Shown: positions 45,737-56,337 of the stretch, in pieces
Numbering within the stretch: the stretch's first letter is position 1
How the letters are laid out: every line of letters begins with the position of its first letter
From: Candidatus Hydrogenedentota bacterium
Lineage (GTDB): Bacteria; Hydrogenedentota; Hydrogenedentia; Hydrogenedentales; SLHB01
Direction of reading: 5' to 3'
Assembly (NCBI GenBank): GCA_045863335.1
Contig: BTVY01000009.1
Location: 80,723 to 144,722, forward strand
DNA length: 64,000 bases
Program-made: the position numbers and the translations under genes
Notes under the pieces: generated by a model
Seen by the model: the letters and a program-made list of their open reading frames with translations, nothing else
Told to the model about the DNA's origin: nothing
The model's database searches: none

Positions 45737-47683
45737 ATGTTTTCAACGCACCGCGTCTGGCTCCGCATTCTCGCTGCATGCGTGTCAGTGATCGCGACGG
45801 TCGTGGCGTCGGCCGACGCCGGACCTTCACGTTTCCCCGCCGATCATCCCTTGCGAAGCGCGCCCGTCATCGAATCCTTCGCCATAAGCGCGTTGCCGAA
45901 GGCCGAACTACTCGCCACGCCCGAGGTGCGCACCCTGCTGGGCTACACAAGGCGGCCGCTTCACCTTCCCGATGGACACACGATGGCCCTGTTTTCCTTT
46001 AGCTATTCCGCGCCGGCGAACTGGATCTTCCTTGTGGACGGACGCAATTTATCCTCGACGCGCCACGCCATTCCGAACAACGACATTGCGTCGCACGGCG
46101 CGGCGCTCGGCGCCGATGGAAACATCTACATCATGCCCTACAACACAGCGCGGGCCTATTGCTTCGATACGAAGACGCACATTTTCGAGCAGCTCCCGAC
46201 CGATGTTGCAGAAGGCGAATATACCTGGGACGCCCTCGGCGGCTCGAATGGCTGCATCTATTTCGGCACCTACCCCAACGCGGTCTTCGGCGAGTACAGT
46301 CCCGAAGCGAAGTCGTGGGCGTTATGGCCGAACCTCGTGCCCGACACCAAGTACGTCACCGGATTCAGCGAGGATGCCGACGGGCGCATTTGCTTCAAAG
46401 CCTGGGGCCCCGGCGAAGTGTGGATGGCCTTCGATCCCGAAACGCGAGAGTTCGAATCCATCGAAGCGCCGAGCGCCTCCGGAACGGAGTTGCCCGCGCC
46501 GCCCTCAGGCGACGAGTCATACATTGCCACGATCGTCGCGGGCGAGCGGCGTTTTGCGGTTAGCCATCCATCGGGCCGCGTCTGGGAGATCACCGGAGTC
46601 GAGCCGCAACGGTTGGGCGATACGGGTCTGCCTGCCGAAACCACCTGGTGGCTGAAAGCAACGGGCGACGAAGTCTTCGGGGTGAGCTATTTTGGCGGAC
46701 TTTTCAGGTACGGGTTCGCGGACGGCAAGTTTACGACCGGCCAACTCGACAACCGTGCTGCCGCCGGCAACAGCATCATGTTCGTGGAGACAGTCACGCC
46801 CGACTGCGTCATCGGCGCGAACTACAGTCAACAGAATCTCTTTCGCGTCAATCCGAATACCGGAGAGATCGTAGAGTCGAATTGCGTCGTGGCGCGCGTT
46901 TCGGGCGAACCCATGTGCGCCGTCGGTTTCGGCGGGAAGGCGTACGTGGGAATTTACGTACAGTCGCTCATCAGCGTGTACGATCCCGCACAGCCCTTCG
47001 CGTTCCACACGAATCCCAGGGAACTCATCGAACTGGGCACCACCTATGAACAAACACGGCCCCGCGCGGCGGTGACGGACGGCCGCCTCGTCTACATCAC
47101 CTCCGACAGCGCCTACAACAAACTTGGCGGGGCCTTGGCGATCGTCGATCCCGAGACTGAGCAGATCGACGTGTATCACCACCTGATCCATGATCAGAAC
47201 CTGCCGACGCTGGCCTATGACCCGTCCACCGGCTTGCTCTGGGGCGGCACGGATCGCTGGGGGCAGATGCGCAGTCATCCGCCCACGCAGGAAAGCGCGC
47301 TCATCTACTCCTTTGACCCGGAATCCCGCACGGTGGTCGATCGACTGACCCTTTGGCCCGGCGCCGATGTGGTTACGATCCACGGCGTCTCGAAGGAAGG
47401 CGTCCTCGTCGCGTCAAATAGTGGCGAGTTGGCTCTGCTGGATACCCAGTCGAAGGAGGTATTGTGGCGCGGTCCAATCCCGGCGAACCTCGCCGGAACC
47501 GCCCGTCGCGGCAGCGACGGCATGCTCTACTTGCTAGGTGACGGCGTGCTGTACCAGTGGGACATGGCAAGGAGTCTTTTGTCCGCCAAAGCCTCAGTAA
47601 TCGACGGCATCTACTTGACGGAATCCGCGCCTGACTTGTGGATAATTGCGAGTTCCAAGTCCCTGTTCTCCATTACGTTGTAA
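45737..47683 (+). CDS. Secreted beta-propeller protein of unknown function
   Basis: Signal peptide; repeated GxDGxIY / YFGTYP / YDP blades. Confidence 0.7.
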   Translation: MFSTHRVWLRILAACVSVIATVVASADAGPSRFPADHPLRSAPVIESFAISALPKAELLATPEVRTLLGYTRRPLHLPDGHTMALFSFSYSAPANWIFLVDGRNLSSTRHAIPNNDIASHGAALGADGNIYIMPYNTARAYCFDTKTHIFEQLPTDVAEGEYTWDALGGSNGCIYFGTYPNAVFGEYSPEAKSWALWPNLVPDTKYVTGFSEDADGRICFKAWGPGEVWMAFDPETREFESIEAPSASGTELPAPPSGDESYIATIVAGERRFAVSHPSGRVWEITGVEPQRLGDTGLPAETTWWLKATGDEVFGVSYFGGLFRYGFADGKFTTGQLDNRAAAGNSIMFVETVTPDCVIGANYSQQNLFRVNPNTGEIVESNCVVARVSGEPMCAVGFGGKAYVGIYVQSLISVYDPAQPFAFHTNPRELIELGTTYEQTRPRAAVTDGRLVYITSDSAYNKLGGALAIVDPETEQIDVYHHLIHDQNLPTLAYDPSTGLLWGGTDRWGQMRSHPPTQESALIYSFDPESRTVVDRLTLWPGADVVTIHGVSKEGVLVASNSGELALLDTQSKEVLWRGPIPANLAGTARRGSDGMLYLLGDGVLYQWDMARSLLSAKASVIDGIYLTESAPDLWIIASSKSLFSITL

Positions 47684-47781
47684 ACTGCATGCGGAGCGGT
47701 TTCAGGGCCATGAAATCCCCCTGTTCCAATTGTTAGGACTCGGCTAGCCAGCGTCTCCGTAATTTGCTATATTGGCCGTCT

Positions 47782-49806
47782 ATGAAAAACATCTACCAGA
47801 TCCGGGAAGTGTCCACGCTGTCCTTTAACGAGCGGGTCTTGCAGGAGGCGGAGGACACCCGGAACCCCCTCATGGAGCGGCTCAAATTCCTCGGAATCTT
47901 CTCGTCCAACATGGACGAATTCTTCAAGGTTCGCGTTGCCAGTATTCATCGCCGCGTAGAATTGGGGAAGAAGAGCATGAGCGCGGTGCTTGAAGTCGTG
48001 GTCGATAAAGCCCGGGATCTCGACGAGCGATTTCAGAAAGCGTACAGCGACATCAAGTCCGCGTTGGCGGACGAAGGCATCCGGATTCTCACGGAGCACG
48101 ATATCAACGGCCACTCGGGCGATCTGGCGGAGTGGCTCAGGGACCACTTCCGTGCGAACGTGCTACCAAGCCTGGTTCCCATCATCATCCAGAGCGGACT
48201 TCCCTTCCCGCCGATCAAGGACGGGGCGCTCTACTTCGGGATAAAGATGCATGGCGAAAAGGACCGCTACGCCATTCTCGAGATTCCCAACGAGTTGCCG
48301 CGCTTTGTCCAGTTGCCCAACGGCGACATCATGTATATCGACGATTTGATCCGCTATTCGCTCGGCGACATCTTTTATATCTTTGATTACGAGAGCATCG
48401 AAGCCTTCGAGTTCAAGATCTCGCGCGACGCCGAACTGGATATCGACAACGACTTCTCCGAGGGGTACGTGCGAAAGATGGAGCGGGTGCTCCAACAGCG
48501 CAAGGGCGGTAGGCCGACGCGGCTGGTCTATGATTCGACCATGCCCCAGGGGATGTTGAAACTGCTGCGCAAGGAACTCCGCGTCACGAGCGATGATACG
48601 CTCATCCCCGGCGGCCGCTATCACAACATGAAAGATTTGATGCGGTTCCCGAACCACCGTCCGGACCTGGCGTTCCCGAAGGTTGAGCCGGCGCCACATC
48701 CCGTGTTGGACCACGTCAACAAGCCGATCATGGACATCATCCGGGACCAGGACATCCTGGTCACGTACCCGTACCAGAGCTTCGATCACATCATACGCTT
48801 GCTCCGGGAAGCCGCCATCGATCCAAAAGTCGAAGAGATCAAATTGACCATGTACCGCGCGGCAACGCGATCGCAGGTGGTCAATGCGCTTGCCGCCGCG
48901 GCCCGGAACGGGAAGAAGATCTTCGTTTCTATCGAGTTGCAGGCGCGGTTCGACGAGAAGAACAACATCAAGATATCCGAGTTCTTGTCGGAAGCAGGTG
49001 CGATTGTTTCCTACGGCGTGCCGCCCATGAAGGTGCACTCCAAGCTGCTGCTCATCAAGCGGAAGGGTTCGTTCATCGCGGGGCTTTCCACCGGGAATTT
49101 CAACGAGGCCACGAGCCGTCTTTATGTAGACAGCATGCTGCTCACCGCCGACCGGCGCATCACGGCCGAGGTCGCTACGGTCTTCGACTTCCTCGACCAG
49201 GCGTCGAAAATGCATACGCTGACGGCGCCCAAGTTCAAGCACCTGCTTGTGTCGCCCTTCAATTCGCGGAAGATGTTTATCAAGTTGATCAACCGCGAGA
49301 AGGCGAAGGGGTTGGACGGATACATCTGCATGAAGGTGAACCACCTCACGGATGCCAAGATCATCAAGAAAATCCGCGAGGCGGCGGATGCGGGCGTGCA
49401 GATGGACCTGGTCGTGCGCACCACGTACGCCATGCTGCCGCACCCGAACATCCGCGCCATATCCATTCTCGACCGCTATCTCGAACACCAGCGCGTGTTC
49501 GTCTTCGGCAAAGGCGAAGAACGCAAGATTTTCATGAGTTCGTCGGACCTAATGGAACGCAATCTGGACTGGCGTGTGGAAGTGGCCTTCCCCGTATACG
49601 ACCCCAAGCTGGTTCAAGAAGTCTCCGACATGATGGCGCTCCAGGTCGGCGACTGCTACAAGGCCCGTGTGCTCGATCAGACGCAGTCAAACCTCTACGT
49701 CATCGACGGAACGGGAAAGCTCCAGGCCCAGCGCGCCACGCAAGAGTACTTCCACGATATCAGCGAACCGCCCGTCCATACCCCGGAACGTGTCCCCGGC
49801 CGGTAA
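47782..49806 (+). CDS. ppk1: Polyphosphate kinase 1
   Basis: SFNERVLQEA, ERLKFLGIFSSNMDEFF, ELQARFDE, KVHSK, TGNFN, DRYLEH, MERNLDWRVE. Confidence 0.95.
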   Translation: MKNIYQIREVSTLSFNERVLQEAEDTRNPLMERLKFLGIFSSNMDEFFKVRVASIHRRVELGKKSMSAVLEVVVDKARDLDERFQKAYSDIKSALADEGIRILTEHDINGHSGDLAEWLRDHFRANVLPSLVPIIIQSGLPFPPIKDGALYFGIKMHGEKDRYAILEIPNELPRFVQLPNGDIMYIDDLIRYSLGDIFYIFDYESIEAFEFKISRDAELDIDNDFSEGYVRKMERVLQQRKGGRPTRLVYDSTMPQGMLKLLRKELRVTSDDTLIPGGRYHNMKDLMRFPNHRPDLAFPKVEPAPHPVLDHVNKPIMDIIRDQDILVTYPYQSFDHIIRLLREAAIDPKVEEIKLTMYRAATRSQVVNALAAAARNGKKIFVSIELQARFDEKNNIKISEFLSEAGAIVSYGVPPMKVHSKLLLIKRKGSFIAGLSTGNFNEATSRLYVDSMLLTADRRITAEVATVFDFLDQASKMHTLTAPKFKHLLVSPFNSRKMFIKLINREKAKGLDGYICMKVNHLTDAKIIKKIREAADAGVQMDLVVRTTYAMLPHPNIRAISILDRYLEHQRVFVFGKGEERKIFMSSSDLMERNLDWRVEVAFPVYDPKLVQEVSDMMALQVGDCYKARVLDQTQSNLYVIDGTGKLQAQRATQEYFHDISEPPVHTPERVPGR

Positions 49807-49878
49807 GATCACAAAGCAGTTATCCAGGTTGTTTCAGCCACGGGCGCGGCTTGTCACGCCGCTGGCTCCAGATTACCT

Positions 49879-50220
49879 TTACGGCGAATGGGTAACCGCA
49901 TCGGACAAGACGTGCACGATGAAATTGTTCACGCTTGTTCCTTTGCTTTGTGCGGCCAGCGCGATGGTGCGATGCAGTTCCTTCGGCATTCGCAAGGACA
50001 CGTTGCCACTATAGGGCTTCTCCGGTTGCTCGCCACGCTTGCGGCACATTTCCAGATAGAAATCCACCGATTCTTCGAACGCCTGTTTGAGTTCTTCGAC
50101 CGACTGTCCCTCAAAGGTGATCACGTCCTTCAACCCGGTCACGACGCCAAACAAACAATTGTCTTCGGCACTGAATTGGATTGATGCCTGATAGCCCTTG
50201 TACGTCAACGTGTCGCTCAT
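49879..50220 (-). CDS. hicB: HicB-family antitoxin
   Basis: YKGY...ITFEGQSVEELKQAFEESVDFYL...PEKPYSG, RHH-type SLRMPKELHR. Confidence 0.92.
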   Translation of the reverse strand: MSDTLTYKGYQASIQFSAEDNCLFGVVTGLKDVITFEGQSVEELKQAFEESVDFYLEMCRKRGEQPEKPYSGNVSLRMPKELHRTIALAAQSKGTSVNNFIVHVLSDAVTHSP

Positions 50221-50471
50221 GGCTTAATCTCCAAGGACGCTAAGAACTCGCGAACGGTTCTAACGGCCCATTTCTTCATGCACGGGGACGGGTGAGGACG
50301 GTGCAATACGATTCGATGTCCACGCAAGAACACTCCAACTCGGGAGCCACCCTGTCCCTCGAACTCCGCGCCAAGAGCCTCCAGTAGCAATTCAACCCGT
50401 GTCCAACGGATATCCGCTCGCGCGGGATTCTCATAAATGGCTCGTAGCGTGTCTTTCTGCTTCGAATTCAC
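50217..50471 (-). CDS. hicA: HicA-family toxin (mRNA interferase)
   Basis: MNSKQKDTL...IRW...LLEALGA...GSRV...HRPHP; GTG at 50471; ATGA overlap with hicB. Confidence 0.9.
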   Translation of the reverse strand: MNSKQKDTLRAIYENPARADIRWTRVELLLEALGAEFEGQGGSRVGVFLRGHRIVLHRPHPSPCMKKWAVRTVREFLASLEIKP

Positions 50472-50476
50472 ACCTA

Positions 50477-50506
50477 ATGATAGCATGAAGTGATAGCAAG
50501 TGCCAA
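50477..50506 (-). promoter_or_regulatory. Putative hicAB promoter with tandem TGCTATCA operator repeats
   Basis: Minus strand TTGGCA, 18 bp, TGcTATCAT, 5 nt before GTG; TGATAGCA at 50478-50485 and 50491-50498. Confidence 0.5.
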
Positions 50507-50673
50507 GATTGTGACCACCACCAATTTGTCGCATATCCCTTACTTTCGTCGCGACCTACAAATCTTTTACATTCTCTTGACGGGGAACTGACCGGCTCCG
50601 CCTTGCGGTGGGCTACCGTGAACGTGCAGCACACGAGAAAGCACGAGCGAACGGAACCCTACGGGAGGTCATC

Positions 50674-52029
50674 ATGAACGCACCGAATCGAATTCTAAGC
50701 GGAGCGGCTTTGATCGCCGCATGTTTGTTGTTGCTTGGCGCGGTTACGACGGCCATCGCAGAACAGGCCCGCCTGGACGCGTCCCTGGCGACGCCGATAC
50801 TTCTGGAAGGTATGCGACAGAATGCGTATCTGCGAGTCGCCGTAACGGGCGAGCCCCTGCCGGATGAAGCGGAGCGCACTCCGGTCAATATGGCCATCGT
50901 GCTCGACCGTTCCGGTTCCATGCAGGGCGAGAAGATCGCGGCTGCGCGGGAGGCCGCGAAACGGGCCATCGACCGCTTGCATCCCGATGACATCATCTCC
51001 GTGGTGGCATACGAATCCACCGTTCAGGTGCTGGTCCCAGCGACGCGCGCCACCGATACCGAGTCAATCTACGCGGCCATTGACGGCGTGCAGGCTGGCG
51101 GATCGACGGCCCTCTTCGCAGGGGTAAGCAAGGGCGCCGGCGAGATTCGTAAGTTCCTCAGCAAGGACCGGGTCAATCGCATCGTCCTGCTCTCTGATGG
51201 CTTGGCCAATATCGGCCCGAGTTCTCCCGGCGAACTGGGCGACCTCGGCACCGCCCTGGGCAAGGAAGGAATCGCGGTTTCCACCATGGGACTCGGCCTG
51301 GGCTACAATGAAGACCTGATGACCAAACTGGCCATGGCAAGTGACGGCAACCATATGTTTGTCGAGAACGCGGTAGACTTGGAGCGCGCCTATGCTTTGG
51401 AATTCGGCGATGCCCTCAGTGTGGTCGCGCAGGACGTCGAGATGCGCATCACGTGCAGCACGGGGGTGCGTCCGGTCCGTGTGCTGGGGCGGGAAGCGAC
51501 TATCGACGGGCAGGTCATCCGCACGTCCCTCAATCAACTCGCGAGCGGTCAGACGCGATACGTGATTGTGGAACTCGAGATTCCCGCGCACAATGCGGAA
51601 GTCACGGCCGCCGTCGCGGATGTCGCCATCGGCTATCTTGACATGGGAACGAGGGATCGCATCGAGCAGACCCGGACCGTTGTCGCCCAGTTTACCGAAT
51701 CGCAGGAGATGGTTGAGCGCAAGACCGATCCCGAGATCATGGCGAGCGTGGTACAACAGATTGGCGCCGAGCGGAACAGCCTCGCCCTGGCCCTGCGCGA
51801 CGAGGGCAAGATCGATGAAGCGCGCGTAATTCTGCAATCGAACGGGGCCTTCCTTCTGGATAACGCTGCGCGATTCAATAGCGAGCAACTTCGAAAGGAC
51901 GGCTTGACCAACGAGTTCATGTCGGAAAACCTCGACCCGGAAAGCTATGTCCGGTCGCGCAAGATTGGCAAGGAATATCAGTATAGCGTGAAGAAGCAAC
52001 AGGTCGTCGAGTTGGAACCAAAAGAGTGA
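50674..52029 (+). CDS. Secreted von Willebrand factor A domain protein
   Basis: GGAGG RBS; signal peptide; MIDAS DRSGS, GGST, LLSDG. Confidence 0.88.
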   Translation: MNAPNRILSGAALIAACLLLLGAVTTAIAEQARLDASLATPILLEGMRQNAYLRVAVTGEPLPDEAERTPVNMAIVLDRSGSMQGEKIAAAREAAKRAIDRLHPDDIISVVAYESTVQVLVPATRATDTESIYAAIDGVQAGGSTALFAGVSKGAGEIRKFLSKDRVNRIVLLSDGLANIGPSSPGELGDLGTALGKEGIAVSTMGLGLGYNEDLMTKLAMASDGNHMFVENAVDLERAYALEFGDALSVVAQDVEMRITCSTGVRPVRVLGREATIDGQVIRTSLNQLASGQTRYVIVELEIPAHNAEVTAAVADVAIGYLDMGTRDRIEQTRTVVAQFTESQEMVERKTDPEIMASVVQQIGAERNSLALALRDEGKIDEARVILQSNGAFLLDNAARFNSEQLRKDGLTNEFMSENLDPESYVRSRKIGKEYQYSVKKQQVVELEPKE

Positions 52030-53654
52030 AACCACGCCTGCTCGTCATATTCGTCCTGATTGTCGTTGTGCCCCTGGCCGTTCTCGGATGGCTGGGGGCG
52101 AAGCTCGTTCGCGACGAGCAGGCTGTGCTCGAACACCGGTTCGCGCGGCTGATGGAAAGCCAACTGCAAGGCGTTGACGGCGAGATCGCCGGGGTATTGG
52201 GCCGTTGGCAACGGGAGCTTCGCGCCGATCTCGAGTCCGCTCCAACCACGGCCATCGAACTGCGGGAACGGCTGCGTCGTTCGCCCATAATCACGAATTA
52301 CTTCCTGCTGGACAGCGAGCAGCGTTTAATCTATCCATCCCCATTGGAGGAATTGACCCCCGACGAGCACGCGTTCCTGACGCGCACGGCCGAAATCTGG
52401 AATGAACAGTCCCTCACAACCGATGCGCCACCGGAAACCCAAGCACTCGCGCCCGCGCTGCAGCAGGCAAAGATCAACCCGAAGTCCAACGTTGTTGCCG
52501 GACCCGAACGCCGCGAAGGCTGGTATGCGTGGTTCTGGGGCGACGGCATGCATCTCATCTACTGGCTGCGCAAGAACACCGGCGAGTATGTCGGCGCGGA
52601 ACTGAATGTGGCGCGGCTCAAATCCGACATCGTTGTAGCCTTGCCAGACACGGAACCCGAATCAGACACCACGAATGACGTCCGTATGGCACTAGTGGAC
52701 GCCAAAGGCGCGCCCATCTACGAGTGGGGCGCATTTGTGCCGATGGAGGGGCAGCGGCCGCGTGCAACGTTGGCGTTGAGCTATCCGCTGGGTGGTTGGT
52801 CCCTCGCATTCTACGCCTCTCCACAACTATCGGGAATCGGGCTATCGCGGGGGCTATGGTTCAACGTGGGCACCGCGCTCGGCCTCGTGATGATTGCCGT
52901 CATCGGCCTTGCCGTCTACTTCTACCGCGAGTACACGCGCGATATGCGGCTCGCCGCGCAACGCGTGTCCTTTGTAAACCAGGTATCCCACGAACTCAAG
53001 ACGCCGCTGACGAATATCCGCATGTACGCCGAACTTCTGGAGCGCGGGCTCGACGACAGCGACGAAAAGTCGCGCACCCACCTCGGCGTCATCGTATCGG
53101 AAAGCCAGCGCTTGAGTCGTCTCATTGGCAACGTATTAACCTTCAGCCGGCGCGAACGGCATACCCTGAAATTGCGGACTGAACCCGCAAGCATCGACGC
53201 CATCATCGGTGCGGTGCTCGATCATTACCGGCCCGCGCTGGACGCCAAGGAAATCGAGACGGTGTTCACGTCCGGCGCGCCGGACCAGGCGCTGGTTGAC
53301 ACAGACGTGGTGGAACAAATCGTCGGCAATCTGATCAGCAATGTGGAAAAATATGGCGCAGAGGGAAAGCTTCTGGTCGTGGAGACAAGCCAGGACGGCG
53401 ATGAAGTGATGATACAGGTTTCCGACGCGGGCCCCGGGATCCCGGAATCCGAGCGCGAGCGCGTATTCGAACCGTTCTATCGCGTGAGCGATCGGCTTTC
53501 GGATGGGGTAACAGGAACGGGCATTGGACTCGCCATTGCGCGGGAACTGGCGGTGCTTCACGGCGGCGCGCTTATCTTGGTTCCATCGGAACGAGGCGCG
53601 GCGTTCCTCGTGACGCTGCATTGTCCACGCGTCCCGGAGGGAGGGGATCCATGA
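52026..53654 (+). CDS. Membrane sensor histidine kinase
   Basis: Two TMs; H-box VSHELKTPL, N-box NLISNVEKY, DAGPGI, GTGIGL. Confidence 0.93.
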   Translation: MKPRLLVIFVLIVVVPLAVLGWLGAKLVRDEQAVLEHRFARLMESQLQGVDGEIAGVLGRWQRELRADLESAPTTAIELRERLRRSPIITNYFLLDSEQRLIYPSPLEELTPDEHAFLTRTAEIWNEQSLTTDAPPETQALAPALQQAKINPKSNVVAGPERREGWYAWFWGDGMHLIYWLRKNTGEYVGAELNVARLKSDIVVALPDTEPESDTTNDVRMALVDAKGAPIYEWGAFVPMEGQRPRATLALSYPLGGWSLAFYASPQLSGIGLSRGLWFNVGTALGLVMIAVIGLAVYFYREYTRDMRLAAQRVSFVNQVSHELKTPLTNIRMYAELLERGLDDSDEKSRTHLGVIVSESQRLSRLIGNVLTFSRRERHTLKLRTEPASIDAIIGAVLDHYRPALDAKEIETVFTSGAPDQALVDTDVVEQIVGNLISNVEKYGAEGKLLVVETSQDGDEVMIQVSDAGPGIPESERERVFEPFYRVSDRLSDGVTGTGIGLAIARELAVLHGGALILVPSERGAAFLVTLHCPRVPEGGDP

Positions 53655-54337
53655 GAGTCTTGATCGCCGAAGACGACGCCCACATCCGAAATGGACTCGC
53701 CGAGATCCTCCAGGACGAGGGCTACGAAACGTTGACGGCCCGGGATGGACGAGAGGCGCTTGCGTTGTTCAAACAACAGACCCCGGACTTCATTTGTCTC
53801 GACATCATGATGCCGGGAGTTAATGGCTACGACGTGTGCCGTGAGATTCGCAAAGAGAACGCGGCTGTTCCTATCGTCTTCATCAGCGCCAAGTCGGAAG
53901 AGGTAGACAAAGTCCTTGGTCTGGAACTGGGAGCCGACGACTACATTCTCAAGCCATTCGGCGTGCGCGAGGTGGTGGCGCGGATTCGCGCAGTCACCCG
54001 CCGGTGTTTTGCCGCGAAGCCCGGTGCACAGTTGGAAGAGCCGTTCGTCATGGGTGACCTTGAGATTGTCCCTTCCCAATTGCGGGCGCGTCGCGGCGAC
54101 GATACGATTGACCTTAGCCTTCGCGACGTGCGGATCCTTGCGCTGCTCTACCGGAACCGAGGAAGGGTCGTCGACCGCAATACGTTTTTCGACGAGTGCT
54201 GGGGCATGGACCACATGCCCAATAGCCGCACGCTCGACCAGCACATTTCGCAGCTCCGCAAGCGCATCGAGCGCGATCCGAAGAACCCGGAAATAATCCG
54301 CACGGTCCACGGGGTTGGCTACCGGTATGATGAATAG
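53651..54337 (+). CDS. OmpR-family response regulator
   Basis: IAEDD, LDIMMP, GADDYILKPF, wHTH with TVHGVGYR. Confidence 0.94.
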   Translation: MRVLIAEDDAHIRNGLAEILQDEGYETLTARDGREALALFKQQTPDFICLDIMMPGVNGYDVCREIRKENAAVPIVFISAKSEEVDKVLGLELGADDYILKPFGVREVVARIRAVTRRCFAAKPGAQLEEPFVMGDLEIVPSQLRARRGDDTIDLSLRDVRILALLYRNRGRVVDRNTFFDECWGMDHMPNSRTLDQHISQLRKRIERDPKNPEIIRTVHGVGYRYDE

Positions 54338-55160
54338 TTCCGCGCAGGCCACCGAACCAGAGCCCGCACCGCGCCCGTCTCTGGGACTCTACGCGTGGTT
54401 TGGAATCCCCGTGCCCGTTACTGACCGGTTGAAGATGATCCATGATGCCGGATTTGAATCCACGGGGTTGTGGTGGGAGGAGGAGAACGAGCAGCGCCGG
54501 CGCTTGCGGCATCTCCTTCCAAACCTCGTGCGGCGAATCGGATTGCACATCGACAATTTTCACGCGCCTTACGCCGGCTGCAATGCGCTCTGGAGTTCCA
54601 ACGACGAAGACCGCGCAACGATGGTGAGACGCCATATGGGTTGGGTGGAGGATTGCGCCCGCCACGGCGTGGAAACCCTCGTCATGCACGTCACCCAGGG
54701 CACGGCCACGCCGCCGCCCAACAATGCGGGTCTCGACAGCCTGCGCCGTATCGTCGATGTAGGCGAGGGTCACGGGGTGACTATCGCAATCGAAAACACC
54801 CGAAGCACTGCCCACATCGATTGGCTGCTCGAACGGATTCCATCGCATCAGCTAGGCCTCTGCTACGATTCCAGCCACGACTGGCTGTACAGCGCTGAAC
54901 CGGGTGCGCTTTTGCGCCGGTGGGCGGCACGCGTCGTGACCACTCACTTCTCCGATACGGACGGGCGCCGCGACCAGCATTGGTTGCCTCGCTTGGGCGT
55001 GGTCGACTTTCCTGCCATTCGCGATGCAGGGCCGTGGCCGTCGTTTAACGGATGTCTCATGCTCGAAGTCGTACCGCAGCGACGAAAGCAGTCTGCGGAA
55101 GCGTTCCTCAACGACGCGTTTCGCGCGGCCCAATGTCTTGCAGCGGAATTCGCGGCGTAA
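54327..55160 (+). CDS. Sugar phosphate isomerase/epimerase (xylose-isomerase-like TIM barrel)
   Basis: HAP, AIEN, CYDSSH, HFSD...DQHWLP, LMLEV. Confidence 0.82.
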   Translation: MMNSSAQATEPEPAPRPSLGLYAWFGIPVPVTDRLKMIHDAGFESTGLWWEEENEQRRRLRHLLPNLVRRIGLHIDNFHAPYAGCNALWSSNDEDRATMVRRHMGWVEDCARHGVETLVMHVTQGTATPPPNNAGLDSLRRIVDVGEGHGVTIAIENTRSTAHIDWLLERIPSHQLGLCYDSSHDWLYSAEPGALLRRWAARVVTTHFSDTDGRRDQHWLPRLGVVDFPAIRDAGPWPSFNGCLMLEVVPQRRKQSAEAFLNDAFRAAQCLAAEFAA

Positions 55161-56332
55161 TGGAGACGGATGTCGTTGTCGTTGGCGGGGGTGCCGCGGG
55201 GATGATGTGCGCCATGACCGCCGGGCAACGCGGGCGGCGCGTCGTACTCCTCGAAGGCAATGCGAAGGCGGGGGAGAAGATTCGCATCTCCGGCGGTGGC
55301 CGCTGCAATTTCACGAACGTCAATACTTCGCCCGAGAATTTTGTGTCCGCGAACCCGCGATTCTGCACGTCCGCGCTGGCGCGATACACGCCCCAGGATT
55401 TCATCGCGCTGATCGAACGCCACGGCATCGCATACCACGAGAAGAAACTGGGCCAGCTCTTCTGTGACGGTTCATCGCGCGACGTAATCGACATGCTCGT
55501 GAACGAATGCCTCGCTGCGGGCGTCGAGATTGTCACGGACTGCCGCGTATCAAACGTTGATCGTGCGGACCAGTTCCGCGTCTCCTCGAACCGGGGACAA
55601 TGGACCTCGTCTTCGCTGGTCGTGGCGACCGGCGGACTCTCAATTCCAAAGTTGGGCACGACTGATTTCGGATATCGCGTCGCGAAACAGTTCGGCCTCG
55701 CCATGCGCAATCCCGAGCCCGCGCTGGTGCCGTTGCTATTTTCAGCGGAAGACGTGAGGCGCTACGACGGGCTTTCGGGGGTCTCCTTCGACGCGGAGAT
55801 TCAATGCAACGGAGTATCGTTTCGCGAGAACGCACTTTTCACCCATCGCGGTCTGAGCGGTCCGGCCATTCTTCAAATCTCCTCGTACTGGCAACCGGGC
55901 CGGTCCATCGTCATCAATATGGCGCCAGCATCCGATGTGCGCGAGCGGTTACTCGAACTAAAGCGATCCGGGTCCCACGCGGAAGTGGCGACGGGGCTTT
56001 GCGAGTTCTTGCCCAAGCGGCTCGCGCATCGTTGGTCCGAACTCCACGGATGGACCGGCACGCTAGCCGACCAAAAAGACACGACCATCACCGCTATCGC
56101 GGAGGCGTTGCACGGCTGGACACTCATGCCTGCAGGTACAGAAGGCTTCAAGAAAGCAGAGGTCACTCGCGGTGGTGTCGACACGGCGGAGTTGTCCCCA
56201 AAGACGCTGGAAAGCAAAAAGGTGTCGGGGCTCTACTTCATCGGAGAGGTGGTCGACGTGACCGGCTGGCTGGGCGGTTACAATTTCCAATGGGCCTGGT
56301 CGTCAGGTTACGCCGCCGGACAATCGGCCTAG
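55160..56332 (+). CDS. HI0933/YhiN-family flavoprotein
   Basis: GGGAAG, ISGGGRCNFTN, ATGG, FTHRGLSGP, VTRGGV, GGYNFQWAWSSG. Confidence 0.92.
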   Translation: METDVVVVGGGAAGMMCAMTAGQRGRRVVLLEGNAKAGEKIRISGGGRCNFTNVNTSPENFVSANPRFCTSALARYTPQDFIALIERHGIAYHEKKLGQLFCDGSSRDVIDMLVNECLAAGVEIVTDCRVSNVDRADQFRVSSNRGQWTSSSLVVATGGLSIPKLGTTDFGYRVAKQFGLAMRNPEPALVPLLFSAEDVRRYDGLSGVSFDAEIQCNGVSFRENALFTHRGLSGPAILQISSYWQPGRSIVINMAPASDVRERLLELKRSGSHAEVATGLCEFLPKRLAHRWSELHGWTGTLADQKDTTITAIAEALHGWTLMPAGTEGFKKAEVTRGGVDTAELSPKTLESKKVSGLYFIGEVVDVTGWLGGYNFQWAWSSGYAAGQSA

Positions 56333-56337
56333 ACCGA

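Noticed and set aside
48163-49488. 441-aa minus-strand ORF
   Set aside because: Antisense to ppk1
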